Positions 1 to 9,821 of a DNA stretch of 64,000 nt are shown piece after piece; within the stretch, counting starts at the first letter, position 1, and each line of letters starts with the position of its first letter. Origin of the DNA: a virus (taxonomy: Duplodnaviria; Caudoviricetes); IMG/VR virus record IMGVR_UViG_3300047160_007353, positions 1 through 64,000 of that record; one strand, 5' to 3'. A program made the translations under genes and the position numbers. Below the pieces are notes generated by a model. It had not been told where the DNA came from and searched no databases. It worked only from the letters and a program-made list of their open reading frames with translations.

Positions 1-2
1 CC

Positions 3-476
3 ACTCCCACTCCGAGCCCGACGTGGGTTGCCAGCGCAACGGACACCCTCACTTTCTCCGAGGCGGCCAATCCGACCAAGTATTTCGGCCGCCACCGCAA
101 GGGCGACTTTGTGAACATAGACTTCGAGCTTGCCTATGTTCCCGACCTTGCGCCGATTCTCTTGATCTATGATTCTGGCAATCACCTGATCTCGACCTTT
201 CTCGTTCCCGCCAAGAACACCTTCTTGAAAGACTTCGCCTTGAACGTCTTTCTGGGAACGCAGTACCAGATCGGCACCTATAACGTCATTCTGAGCTTCT
301 CATCGGCCGGCGTCGGTTTTCAGCTCTTCGGGTACTTTGAGGTAGTACCGGGCGGCGATACCGGGGGATCGGTAAATTCCCTTTGGAGTATCGACCGTCC
401 CGAGGCTCCCAGCGTAGTCGCCCAGATCGCCAGCGGCCGACTCGTGGTGGGCACCAATCCCAAAGTCAACCCGTAA
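3..476 (+). CDS. Virion structural protein, 5'-truncated (continues upstream of window)
   Basis: The frame of ORF 111-476 is open back to base 3 (TPTPSPTWVASATDTLTFSEAANPTKYFGRHRKGDFVNI...). The ATDTLTFS motif resembles the repeats of the 2980-6936 protein. It heads the + strand tail operon. Confidence 0.6.
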   Translation, partial: TPTPSPTWVASATDTLTFSEAANPTKYFGRHRKGDFVNIDFELAYVPDLAPILLIYDSGNHLISTFLVPAKNTFLKDFALNVFLGTQYQIGTYNVILSFSSAGVGFQLFGYFEVVPGGDTGGSVNSLWSIDRPEAPSVVAQIASGRLVVGTNPKVNP

Positions 477-488
477 GGCAAACCGATC

Positions 489-1046
489 ATGGATTCTTGT
501 GAAGCCAGCATCATTCGCGCCCTGCCCAACGGCTGCGGCCTGGTCCTCGACGGCGGCGCCTTCCGTGGCGTTTTCAAGGTGACCTGCCTGGATCGCCAGG
601 GCAAGGTGAAGTGGATGGACGAGGCCCACAACCTCGTGACCAACACCGCCCTCAACGACGTGCTCAACGAGTATATCAGAGCGACGACCCAGACCACGGC
701 ATGGTACATGGGCCTGGTGGACAACTCCGGCTTCACCGCCTTTGCGGCTGCCGACACCTCCGCCTCTCACGCCGGTTGGTCCGAGAGTACGGCGTATTCG
801 AACGCGACCCGTCCCCAGTGGTCCCCCGGTGCGGCCAGCTCCCAGAGCATCACCAACGCCAGCTCCGTTAACTTCAGCATCAACGGCACCGCCACGATCA
901 AGGGCTTGTTCATTATCGCCAATAACACCGTCGGTGGCACGACCGGCCTTCTCTTCTCCGAGGCGGCCTTCTCTGGTGGCAACCAGGCGGTCAGCAACGG
1001 CGACACGCTCCAGTGCACCTACACCTTGAGCGCGGCGTCCAGCTAA
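489..1046 (+). CDS. Phage tail structural protein (beta-rich tail/fibre-base type)
   Basis: 185 aa, with W-x-D-E-A-H-N-L-V-T-N and GDTLQCTYTL patterns typical of small phage tail proteins; tail-gene context. Confidence 0.6.
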   Translation: MDSCEASIIRALPNGCGLVLDGGAFRGVFKVTCLDRQGKVKWMDEAHNLVTNTALNDVLNEYIRATTQTTAWYMGLVDNSGFTAFAAADTSASHAGWSESTAYSNATRPQWSPGAASSQSITNASSVNFSINGTATIKGLFIIANNTVGGTTGLLFSEAAFSGGNQAVSNGDTLQCTYTLSAASS

Positions 1047-1074
1047 CCCCCAATCGGGCCGGCGAACTCATGAC

Positions 1075-1105
1075 AAGGCCGGGCATTCCACGCCCGGCCT
1101 TTTTT
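1075..1105 (+). terminator. Intrinsic terminator
   Basis: Stem aaggccgggc (1075-1084) / gcccggcctt (1092-1101), 7-nt loop, followed by a T-run. Confidence 0.8.
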
Positions 1106-1118
1106 CTTAAGGTGGCCC

Positions 1119-2507
1119 GTGGCTCTACCGACGATCGTCATTAACTCCAGCGGCGGATCTGACAGCCTCGCCAGCGGCGCAGGTCCGGGTACTGCTGTAA
1201 CCGGAACCCTAGCGGCCACTCACGCCAACACGACGGTCAACATCACTGACGCCGTCGCTCTTGGTGGTGTCGCCACGGATGGATCAGCCGTCCTGTGGGT
1301 TTCTTCGAGCAGCGGCAAGCAGTTCGCAAAGATCACGGCAATCACGGGGTCGTCTGGCAACTGGACGGTCACGGTCTCGGACGCCTACGCTAACACTGAG
1401 AGCGGACGGAACTGGGCCATAGGCGGGACCAGAGCCACTCTTAGCGGAAGCACTCAGCTAGGTACTGACTGCCGTTCCGGTTGGACCATCGACCTTCAGA
1501 GCGACGACACCTTCACGGCGAACTTCAACCTGAAGCCGAATGCCGTGGCTGATCAGTGGACCGTCCTGAAGAGCAGCAACTCCACGCGACCCACGATCAG
1601 CACCTCCACCAACAGCATCTATGGTCTGGACATCCAGGGTGCGAATCAGCTAGTAATCCAGCACATCCACTTCAAGTCCACGGCCGGCACTCCTGGGAAC
1701 GGAATCTCTCCAGCCGGAGCCTCGGCCGCCTCCATGGTGGTTGTCGCGGACTGCGTGATAGAGGGCTTCTCCTCCGGAACCCAAGACCACGACAACGGCG
1801 GTAACGTCGATGTTACCGCAATGATCATAACCGGTTGCGAGATAAAGAGTTGTGGGACCGGGATAAGCAACTGGGCTGGCTGCCAGGTTGCGCATTGCTA
1901 CGTCCATAGCTGCACCTCTGCCGGAATGACTGTCCAGGCCACCCGGCAGCGATCCGATAGCATTTCGCATTGCGTATTCGACTCGAACACCAAGTACGGC
2001 GTTGACTTCCAGACCGCCAGCAACATCGGGGTCCTGGTCACTAACTGCGTGTTCTCCAACACGACCGTCTCTGCGACGATCGGGGTCGGACTCCATATCC
2101 TGGCGACCGGCGGCGCCATGTCGATGACGGTTAGAGATTCGATCTTCTACGGAAACGCAACCTACGGAATCTCCAGCGACCAGACCAACGTAGACGCAGT
2201 CTACATCACCAACTGTGCTTTCGGAAGCAACAGCACGGCCAATGTCCTGACCCCTTTTACGACTGGCGTCAGCCCCGTCACTCTCACGGCCAACCCCTTT
2301 GTTTCGAGTTCCGACTTTGGCCTGAACAGCACAGCCGGCGGCGGTGCGGCCTGCAAGGGAGCGGCATCCACGATCCCAAGCGCGACGGCAAACGCAGCAG
2401 GAGACATCGGTGCCGTCCCGTCAGGCGGTGGAGCTGGCGCCGCTGTCGTCTATGTCGTCTATCCCCAGATCAACCAGTACATCATCAACCAACCTGAGTA
2501 CGACTAA
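1119..2507 (+). CDS. Right-handed parallel beta-helix protein (tailspike / pectate-lyase-like fold)
   Basis: 462 aa with stacked beta-helix rungs (VVADCVIEG, ITGCEIKSC, ISHCVFDSN, VTNCVFSN, VRDSIFYGN, ITNCAFGSN). Confidence 0.7.
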   Translation: MALPTIVINSSGGSDSLASGAGPGTAVTGTLAATHANTTVNITDAVALGGVATDGSAVLWVSSSSGKQFAKITAITGSSGNWTVTVSDAYANTESGRNWAIGGTRATLSGSTQLGTDCRSGWTIDLQSDDTFTANFNLKPNAVADQWTVLKSSNSTRPTISTSTNSIYGLDIQGANQLVIQHIHFKSTAGTPGNGISPAGASAASMVVVADCVIEGFSSGTQDHDNGGNVDVTAMIITGCEIKSCGTGISNWAGCQVAHCYVHSCTSAGMTVQATRQRSDSISHCVFDSNTKYGVDFQTASNIGVLVTNCVFSNTTVSATIGVGLHILATGGAMSMTVRDSIFYGNATYGISSDQTNVDAVYITNCAFGSNSTANVLTPFTTGVSPVTLTANPFVSSSDFGLNSTAGGGAACKGAASTIPSATANAAGDIGAVPSGGGAGAAVVYVVYPQINQYIINQPEYD

Positions 2508-2980
2508 TGGCTCGCACATACACGGTGAACACGGGTTCCGTTGCCGTCTCCGCCGCACAGGATCTTCTTCAGATCAAAGGCGCAACCGGCAAGATGCTTC
2601 GCGTTATGGAGCTTTGGGTCAGCTCTCCTGACACCACGCTCGACACCAGCCAGATGCTCCACATTGCGGTCAAGTACCTGCCGGCGACCGTCACCGACGG
2701 AAGTGGCGGGTCAACCGCAACCCCGCAGCCAACAGATCCCGGCGACGCGGCGGCCAGCTTCACTTGCAAGACGAACAACACGACCGCTGCAACCACGGGC
2801 GGAACCGCCTCGACTCTGTATGACGAGGGGACCCACATCTATGCCGGGTTCAACAGGCGACCCGGTAAGCCGATCTGCGTAATCGGCCCGAGTGAGTCTC
2901 TCGTGCTTCACCTGACCAGCGTGGTCAGCGGCACGGTTAACTTGTGCTCCGGCGCAGAGGTTGAGGAAATTGGCGGCTAA
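2507..2980 (+). CDS. Small beta-rich virion protein
   Basis: 157 aa, Thr/Ala-rich, start and stop coupled to neighbours in the tail operon. Confidence 0.6.
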   Translation: MARTYTVNTGSVAVSAAQDLLQIKGATGKMLRVMELWVSSPDTTLDTSQMLHIAVKYLPATVTDGSGGSTATPQPTDPGDAAASFTCKTNNTTAATTGGTASTLYDEGTHIYAGFNRRPGKPICVIGPSESLVLHLTSVVSGTVNLCSGAEVEEIGG

Positions 2981-5900
2981 TGCCAACCAGGATCTTCCGC
3001 TCAGATCCGAGAAGACCATTACCAGATTCGCCGGGGACCAAGGCCAAGTGGTTGTCGGCGCTGCTGGCTAACTTAAAGTCCGCCACCAGCACAATAACCT
3101 TCACGGTCACGACCAGCGCAACGAAGCTGGCCCCCGTCAGCACGTCAGGCCAGATCACTCTGACGGCAACGGCCGCGAAGACAGCGGCTCATGTGTCCAG
3201 CGCAACCAGCACCGTAACCTTCACGGCCAAGCCGCAGGGTTATGGTAAGGCGCACGACACGTTCACTCTCTCGTCGTCGGCCGGCAAGTTCAACTTCGCC
3301 GCCCTGTCGGCCCACGACACATTCAGCCTGCACGCCAAGGCCACGAACTACGGCCGGTTCGTGGACACCATCACTCTCACCACCAAGGCCACCAAGCACA
3401 TCGGTTGGCCCGTGGCGGCCGTCGGCGCCATAACCCTCTCGGCAAAAGCCAAGGGATATGGCATCGCCAAGAACACGATCACGTTCACCGGGACGGCCGT
3501 TGCTCACGACCAGTGGGTGGTTGCAGCTACCAGCACGATCACCCTCACCGCCGCGGCCTCCAACCATGCGGCGAGAGCAGAACGAACCCTAGACGCCTTC
3601 ACGCTCACCGACAGCGCGTCGTTCAAGACCGCATGGCCCAAGGCCGCGACCGACACCATTACGCTGCATGCGACGGCGTCCCAAAACGTCAAGTGGCCCG
3701 TCGCGTCTACCGGTGCCATCACCCTCTCAGCCACCGCTTCTCAGGTCTTCACCAGGCCCGCTGCCACCACTGGTGCCATAACCTTCACGGGGACCGCCAC
3801 CTCCACGGGCAAGTGGGCGAAGTCCACTGTCGACACGATCAACTTCGCGAGCCGGCAGCTCCTCTCGCCCAAGGTCAACCGTTCCGACACGATCACGTTT
3901 ACCGGGGTAGCGTCAAGCTCCCACTTCTCGGCGGCCGGCGCCAGTGACACCGTTACGCTGTTTGCTCGGGCGACCCAGCATGGCGTTCGGGTCATTGCCA
4001 CCGACCTATTCACGCTCACGGACCCCATCGGAACCAATGCGGTCCGCAGGAACTTCCTGCCGCAGCCGGTCACCGACACGATCACCTTCCACGCCACGGC
4101 GGTATCCGACCACACGGTCTTCCCAGTCAAGGTCGATCCGCCTGACGTCATCCTGTTCACCGAGTTCGCTGACGAGAACGTCCTCACGCCGCAGGAAGCC
4201 CGGCAGGGAATTCTGTTCTTCGACTTCTCCGCCGGCATTCTCACCAAGCTGAATGCCTCGTCCTCTTCGGGGATTTTGTTCAGCGATAAAGCGGTCCTGT
4301 CGAACGTTCTCTTTGTCAGCCAGAAGTCTGCCGCCGACACGATCATCCTCTCGGCCCTGGCGGACGAAACCCAGAAGTCCCCAAGCACCGCCCGCGATAG
4401 CATTCTGTTCATAGGTGCAGCAAGGGAACACACAGGGTATCCGGCTGCTCGGTCTGACACGATCACCTTCTCCTCGGTAGCCGACTCCAACGACTTCTCT
4501 TCCGCCCTGGCCTCCGACCGGTTCACGTTCTCCGACGCGGCTACCCACGCGGTTCTGCCCCTCGGTTCGCACGACACGATCTTCTTCAGCGACCGGTCCT
4601 CCGCTTCTGACCGACTCCCGTCAGGCATCACCTTGCCGACCGGAGACATCAACAGCGGACTTCAGCACGTCCTGTTCGCGCCTGTGTCTCTGGCTCCTCT
4701 CACTTACGCCGAGAGCCCGGACGGTGTCTTGTACATGGCCAACGGGATGGACCCCGTAATTGGGTGGGACGGCGTTGCCGATCAGGCGTGGGCGGCCGGC
4801 GTCGTTCCACCCAACACCATCGTGTTCGTCGATCCTGGCGACCCCGGCGGCCTTCTGACGGGCATCCGGTACGCCTTCGTCCGTTTCGTGGACGTCCGTG
4901 GCAATCTCAGCAATCTGAGCCCGATCTCCGATCCGGTCAATCTCGGGACCGACGGAATCATCAACGGGGTCACATACGACACGAACGGCGTGGTGACGGT
5001 CCTGTCCTACGCCCATGGCTTAACGACCGGCGCCACGGTGGTCATCCAGGACGTGACCGGCCTCCCGATCGTAAACGGCACCTTCACGATCGTCGTGGTC
5101 GACGCGAACTCCTTCACCCTGAACGCCCTGGTGATCACCTCTGGAACGTACCAGAGCGGCGGCACCTGGACGCACGGATCGAAGTTCATCCAGTACAGCA
5201 ACGTCCAGGTTCCCACGGACCCCAAGATCGTCCGACGCCAGATCCTCCGGAACCTGGAAGGAACAGCAAAGGTCTTCTATGTTGACGTGGATACCAGCGA
5301 TCTTACCAGCACTAGCTTCCAATCAGCCCTCACCGACGAGCAGCTCGCGACCAAGACAGCCGTCCCACTCCAGTTCGAGGACAAGGAGCCAGCCAGCCAA
5401 CGATATTACCCGCCGCCAAGCCACAAGAAAGCCATCGCAGCCTATGCCGGAAGGCTATGGCTCACGGCGGACATGATCTACTCTCAAGGGAATGTGCAGG
5501 TTGCCTTTGGAAATCAAGTGGTTGTGGGAATCGGGACGGCCTGGACCGCGAGTATGGCTGGCAGACTCCTTTACGTGGGAGGCGCCAGTCAGTACCAGAT
5601 CATCCTCTCCGTCAATGTCGCAACCCAGATGCTCATACTTCAGGCGCCATACCAAGGTCCCTCAAACCCGATGGCGTTCTACTCGATCCGGCCGGCGCCG
5701 ATCGAGCGCAGGCTTGTCTACTACTCAGAGCCGAACGCTCCCGAGGCTTGGCCTCCATGGAACGCGTTTGCTATCCCTGAATCCTCAGATGAAATCGTAG
5801 GCTTATTCATACAGCGATCGTTCCTGTATGTCCTTAAAGAGCGTCACATCTACAAGTTCGCTTACCGAGAGGACCCGGGGGTCGATGGATTCGTGTTTCC

Positions 5901-6936
5901 GGTTGCTAGTCGTGGTTGCGTTAGCGACCGTTGCTACGCCTACGTGGAGGGACGCCACATCCTACTGGACGAGATGGGGATCTACGCGTTCGACGGCGAT
6001 GCAATCGATCCCGTATCCGCCCCTGTACAGGTGCTCTTCAAGTCGGATGACTCTTCACCCTACCGGGTGGACTGGACCACGGACCGCACGCTGTGGTCAT
6101 GCACCCACGATCCAAACCGGACAACCGTTCGATGGATTCTGGACCTTGTTGGCAAGGCGCCGTTATCCCATGCGGTTTGCTGGGACTACCGATCGAACCA
6201 GTGGTGGCTGGAGCAGTACGCTGAGCCCATATCCAGCTCGTGCTCCGGCGTGGTGGACGGGTTCCAGCAATCCCTGGTGGGGATCACAGCCCGCCGGGTG
6301 TTTGCCCTGGGGCAGGGCTCGACGGACGTGGTGCCGGAACTGAGCTCGGGGACCCTCAGAGGATCGGTGTCGGCAGCCGACCCGGTCACCATCACCGACC
6401 CATTGGCGAGGTTCGCCTCCAACCTGGCTGGCGTGCCCGTATCTATCGTCAGCGGCACCGGCGCCGGCCAGCAAGCCATCATCAGCAGCAACACGTCGGA
6501 CGTCCTGACTCTCGTCCATCCCTGGGATGTGGTGCCCGACACGACCAGCGTCTACCAGATCGGCGGCGTCAACTGGACCTGGAAGTCGGGATGGCGCCGC
6601 ATCGTGGACGACGAATCCGACAACCCTCGGGATCTGGAGTGGGTGTTCCAGCCAACCCTTTCCGAATCGACCTTCAGCGCGAACGTCTTCTACGACCACA
6701 ATGTCAACCCCGAATCTTGGGCTTCGTACTTCGACGACGATGGGGTTGCTGTCGCCGCCGGCCAACCTTCCCTCGTGGTGGACGTCTCTTCGCCGCGAGG
6801 GTACGCCATCCAGAGGATGTCTGGCCACCGCGATCCCTATGGGTACGGCCACCGATACCTTGCGACTCAGCTCAATGGCGTTCAGGGAGCTGAACCTCAC
6901 CGTCTCTACCAACTCGTACTAAACGGAGTCGAATGA
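2980..6936 (+). CDS. Tail nozzle-like protein (P22 gp10 / T7 gp12-like C-terminal part) with N-terminal xDTITL/F repeats and an FCCH-like beta-barrel
   Basis: 1318 aa. About 545 aa of ~20-aa repeats; a segment GVVTVLSYAHGLTTGATVVIQDVTG...NGTFTIVVVDANSFTL typical of the FCCH-like domain in tail proteins; propeller-like C-terminal half (LVYYSEPNAPEAW, VASRGCVS, DEMGIYAFDG). Confidence 0.6.
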   Translation: MPTRIFRSDPRRPLPDSPGTKAKWLSALLANLKSATSTITFTVTTSATKLAPVSTSGQITLTATAAKTAAHVSSATSTVTFTAKPQGYGKAHDTFTLSSSAGKFNFAALSAHDTFSLHAKATNYGRFVDTITLTTKATKHIGWPVAAVGAITLSAKAKGYGIAKNTITFTGTAVAHDQWVVAATSTITLTAAASNHAARAERTLDAFTLTDSASFKTAWPKAATDTITLHATASQNVKWPVASTGAITLSATASQVFTRPAATTGAITFTGTATSTGKWAKSTVDTINFASRQLLSPKVNRSDTITFTGVASSSHFSAAGASDTVTLFARATQHGVRVIATDLFTLTDPIGTNAVRRNFLPQPVTDTITFHATAVSDHTVFPVKVDPPDVILFTEFADENVLTPQEARQGILFFDFSAGILTKLNASSSSGILFSDKAVLSNVLFVSQKSAADTIILSALADETQKSPSTARDSILFIGAAREHTGYPAARSDTITFSSVADSNDFSSALASDRFTFSDAATHAVLPLGSHDTIFFSDRSSASDRLPSGITLPTGDINSGLQHVLFAPVSLAPLTYAESPDGVLYMANGMDPVIGWDGVADQAWAAGVVPPNTIVFVDPGDPGGLLTGIRYAFVRFVDVRGNLSNLSPISDPVNLGTDGIINGVTYDTNGVVTVLSYAHGLTTGATVVIQDVTGLPIVNGTFTIVVVDANSFTLNALVITSGTYQSGGTWTHGSKFIQYSNVQVPTDPKIVRRQILRNLEGTAKVFYVDVDTSDLTSTSFQSALTDEQLATKTAVPLQFEDKEPASQRYYPPPSHKKAIAAYAGRLWLTADMIYSQGNVQVAFGNQVVVGIGTAWTASMAGRLLYVGGASQYQIILSVNVATQMLILQAPYQGPSNPMAFYSIRPAPIERRLVYYSEPNAPEAWPPWNAFAIPESSDEIVGLFIQRSFLYVLKERHIYKFAYREDPGVDGFVFPVASRGCVSDRCYAYVEGRHILLDEMGIYAFDGDAIDPVSAPVQVLFKSDDSSPYRVDWTTDRTLWSCTHDPNRTTVRWILDLVGKAPLSHAVCWDYRSNQWWLEQYAEPISSSCSGVVDGFQQSLVGITARRVFALGQGSTDVVPELSSGTLRGSVSAADPVTITDPLARFASNLAGVPVSIVSGTGAGQQAIISSNTSDVLTLVHPWDVVPDTTSVYQIGGVNWTWKSGWRRIVDDESDNPRDLEWVFQPTLSESTFSANVFYDHNVNPESWASYFDDDGVAVAAGQPSLVVDVSSPRGYAIQRMSGHRDPYGYGHRYLATQLNGVQGAEPHRLYQLVLNGVE

Positions 6937-7388
6937 TGTCTCTTGACTGGACGATCAACAGTTGCGACCTGTTCTTTCCGACGTCGAGCCCGCCTTGCGT
7001 CGGCGCCACTTTCGGCCTCGTGTTCGATTCTGATGCGACTTGCACGCCAACCACGAGGCTGGCGAACCCGATGTACCTTTACGCCTCGGTGGATCAGTAT
7101 GCATTGAACTGCACCAGGGTCAACAACGGCTACGCCACGACCCCGTGCTCTCTGGTGCCCGGAAGCGACACGGTACATTGCGGGGGGACCGACGATATCA
7201 ACATCTGCCTGACGCCGACGCCTCCGATCTGGGGTTACAGCACAGGGAACTACCGGCTGAGGGTCTGGTTCTACGAGGACCAGGGAACTGGAACCTGCAA
7301 CGTCTTGAACAAGCTGTTCACCTATTACCTGAGCTACGGGGCCGGTGGATGGTCGAAGCTCAGCAGCAATCCTTGTCCGGGACTCTAA
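6933..7388 (+). CDS. Cys-rich hypothetical virion-associated protein
   Basis: 151 aa, ATGA overlap with the upstream gene, about 9 Cys. Confidence 0.55.
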   Translation: MMSLDWTINSCDLFFPTSSPPCVGATFGLVFDSDATCTPTTRLANPMYLYASVDQYALNCTRVNNGYATTPCSLVPGSDTVHCGGTDDINICLTPTPPIWGYSTGNYRLRVWFYEDQGTGTCNVLNKLFTYYLSYGAGGWSKLSSNPCPGL

Positions 7389-7390
7389 CC

Positions 7391-7483
7391 ATGACGATGG
7401 TAATCGAGATCGCGACCATCTCCTTTGTTGCCGGGTTCATCGTGTACCTGGTTTACCGGGACATCAGGAACAGCCTTCCGTGA
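7391..7483 (+). CDS. Small single-TM peptide (30 aa)
   Basis: MTMVIEIATISFVAGFIVYLVYRDIRNSLP; its stop overlaps the next GTG start (GTGA). Confidence 0.45.
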   Translation: MTMVIEIATISFVAGFIVYLVYRDIRNSLP

Positions 7484-8355
7484 GCGAAGAGGGTGGCGAG
7501 AGAGACGTATGGCAAAGACGCAACGCCTTGCGGCTCCTCCGCGAGGACTGGCGTTCGCCCCGCGCTCTCGCCCAGGAGATGTACAGCATCCTGTCGGATC
7601 AGCCCTCGGAAGGCACGGCCGTCTCCGAGCCGGAAGTGCAGGCTCGCCGCCCCGAGCCGGTAGAGCCTGTGGTCAACCGGCCGGCGGCGGCAGAGTCGGG
7701 CTCCGTCCAGATCGAGCAGCTAAGAACTCGCAACATCCAGCGGATCAGCAATGCGTTCCAAACGAACTTCACCTTCCCAGAGGCTCCGGCTCAGGCAACG
7801 GCTAGAGTTATCCGCCCAGAGGCTACTCAGCAGCCTCCCACGGCGGCGGAGCAGGTCATTCAGCAGGTTGCTCAGCGTAGGCCAGTCATCCAGCAATTAG
7901 CTCAATCCGCCCTGCCGAAGCCTGAAGAGCCATCAAAGACGCCCACGCCTTCCGAGGTTCTGGCCATTGCGGGCGGATCGCAGGCCACTCCAGAAGAGGC
8001 AGCATCAAAGAGAGAAACCCCATCCAAGTATCCATCCCAGACCACAGGAAAGCCCCTGACTCTGGCCAGCGGCTTCCCGGACTGGGACTACTTCCTTGGC
8101 GGCATAGGCGGAGGGGGCGGAACAACCGTCCTCGAAGGCTTGACGATCGGCGCCAGCGCCAGCCCGGTCACGGTCACGACCTACCCCTCTGGCTCCCAGG
8201 GGGCACCCGGCGCTCAGCAGATCCTCGTGAACATCCTCGGTATCTTGCCGACCGAGATCGTGCCCGACGGTATCTGGATCAGCGGAATCAATCAGTTCAC
8301 TGATCCGTCTGGCAACACCTACTACGAGGCGACGCTGCCGCTCTGGGTTGGATAA
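7480..8355 (+). CDS. Hypothetical virion protein
   Basis: ORF 7345-8355; likely GTG start at 7480. Pro/Gln/Glu-rich centre, beta-rich C-terminus. Confidence 0.55.
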   Translation: MSEEGGERDVWQRRNALRLLREDWRSPRALAQEMYSILSDQPSEGTAVSEPEVQARRPEPVEPVVNRPAAAESGSVQIEQLRTRNIQRISNAFQTNFTFPEAPAQATARVIRPEATQQPPTAAEQVIQQVAQRRPVIQQLAQSALPKPEEPSKTPTPSEVLAIAGGSQATPEEAASKRETPSKYPSQTTGKPLTLASGFPDWDYFLGGIGGGGGTTVLEGLTIGASASPVTVTTYPSGSQGAPGAQQILVNILGILPTEIVPDGIWISGINQFTDPSGNTYYEATLPLWVG

Positions 8356-9797
8356 TGATTATCAAGGGGCCTAACCAGGTTGGAGGGCTTCCCAGGTTCT
8401 CGGGAACTTCGAGGAAGCTCATGAATCGCAACGTATGGCTCAGTGGCCAGAAGCCGTGCTACTACGCAGGAAACCAGACACCGGACGTGGGGGAGCCAGG
8501 TCTCTACCATCCTCCGCCCGACTGGCCCAAAGCCGGCCAGCTCCTCAAGCTGCCGCAGCAGGTATGGCTCTATGCCTGCCACCCGGCCGCCAACCTACTC
8601 CTGAGCCGGAATATCGCCCCCATGGCGACGGGTCCAATCCGGGACGGGGACGCCCCGTTCTTCAGCCAGGACCCTCAGATATGGTTCATGAACTACTACG
8701 CGGACGGCCGGATCGCCGCCCTGGTCTACGTCCTGGCTTCCACTGACACCAGCGGTCCATACTCCAACGACCTGATCGCGTTCACGAGAGACGCCACGCT
8801 CGACCCTGTCGGCGGCACTGGTCCCCATCATGCCTACTGGGGAGTCATAGGCGCCCTGACGAGACAGGCGAACTTCAGCGCGTCGGGGATCATAGACCCC
8901 AGCTTTGTCGAGCGGATCAACGATCCGTACCTAGCCGAATACAGCCGGCTGACGGCGATCTACGCACAGGTGAAGTCCACTATCGAGGCCCTCCGCCCCC
9001 ACCGGACGTACATCAATTACCTCAACCCCTGGGACTACACCCAGAGCTTGACGAACGTTCCCGGTACGTACTTCGGCGCCCCATATAACGTCCGCTTCTC
9101 GACTAGCGGCCCCAGACAGTTCTACTTCCTGCCCAATCAGCCGGTCCTCTACTGGCCCATGTTGACCCCGTCCGACACGAATCCCTACCTCGGCACCGAC
9201 TTCCTCATGATCTATGCCGGAAGCCCGGACACGACGGAGATCCTGATCAACGACGCCGTCGCGCAGGCACAGCAGTTAAACGCGGCCCGTCCCCGGAGTC
9301 TGTCAACAGTCGCAGGGGCGGTCTCGAAGTTCCGGCGGTACGGCTATCGGTACTACGGACTCGACGTACCGATGCCGAAGTTCAACAACTGGAGCAACCC
9401 CCTCTCTCTTCCTCCTCAGTTCAACATCACGATCCCGTCCGTCGGTCCGTCTCCGGTGTTTCCAACCAAAGCACAGGCGGACGCCGACACCACAGACGCG
9501 GCAGAATGCTACTGGTTCCCAACCCAGAACTCAGGCACTGGCTTCTCGGACATGACGGCATCAGCGACGATCATCAACCAATCCATACAGGCTTACGTGG
9601 ACCAGCTCAATGCCCTCAACCAGAGGGTTCTGACCGTCGGTCCGCTCCAGCTCCAGACCGACGCCAATACCTTGTCGCCTCTGGGGGTGGACGCCCAGTA
9701 CATGGGCGGCTCCAGTACGATTACCTCCGCCAATGATCTCATCAAGACGATAGCCGCCTTCTATGGCTTCGACCCGTCTACCGGCATCGACCTGTAA
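8355..9797 (+). CDS. Hypothetical virion protein (480 aa)
   Basis: Long ORF coupled to the previous stop (TAATG); Tyr/Pro-rich; no motif recognised. Confidence 0.6.
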   Translation: MIIKGPNQVGGLPRFSGTSRKLMNRNVWLSGQKPCYYAGNQTPDVGEPGLYHPPPDWPKAGQLLKLPQQVWLYACHPAANLLLSRNIAPMATGPIRDGDAPFFSQDPQIWFMNYYADGRIAALVYVLASTDTSGPYSNDLIAFTRDATLDPVGGTGPHHAYWGVIGALTRQANFSASGIIDPSFVERINDPYLAEYSRLTAIYAQVKSTIEALRPHRTYINYLNPWDYTQSLTNVPGTYFGAPYNVRFSTSGPRQFYFLPNQPVLYWPMLTPSDTNPYLGTDFLMIYAGSPDTTEILINDAVAQAQQLNAARPRSLSTVAGAVSKFRRYGYRYYGLDVPMPKFNNWSNPLSLPPQFNITIPSVGPSPVFPTKAQADADTTDAAECYWFPTQNSGTGFSDMTASATIINQSIQAYVDQLNALNQRVLTVGPLQLQTDANTLSPLGVDAQYMGGSSTITSANDLIKTIAAFYGFDPSTGIDL

Positions 9798-9821
9798 ATT
9801 ATACGGAAGGGGGAGTGCACC

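Noticed and set aside
3741-4652. Long antisense and alternate-frame ORFs across the window (e.g. 3741-4652, 9861-10802, 27627-28910, 60292-61656)
   Set aside because: They are shadows of real genes in GC-rich DNA and carry no motifs.
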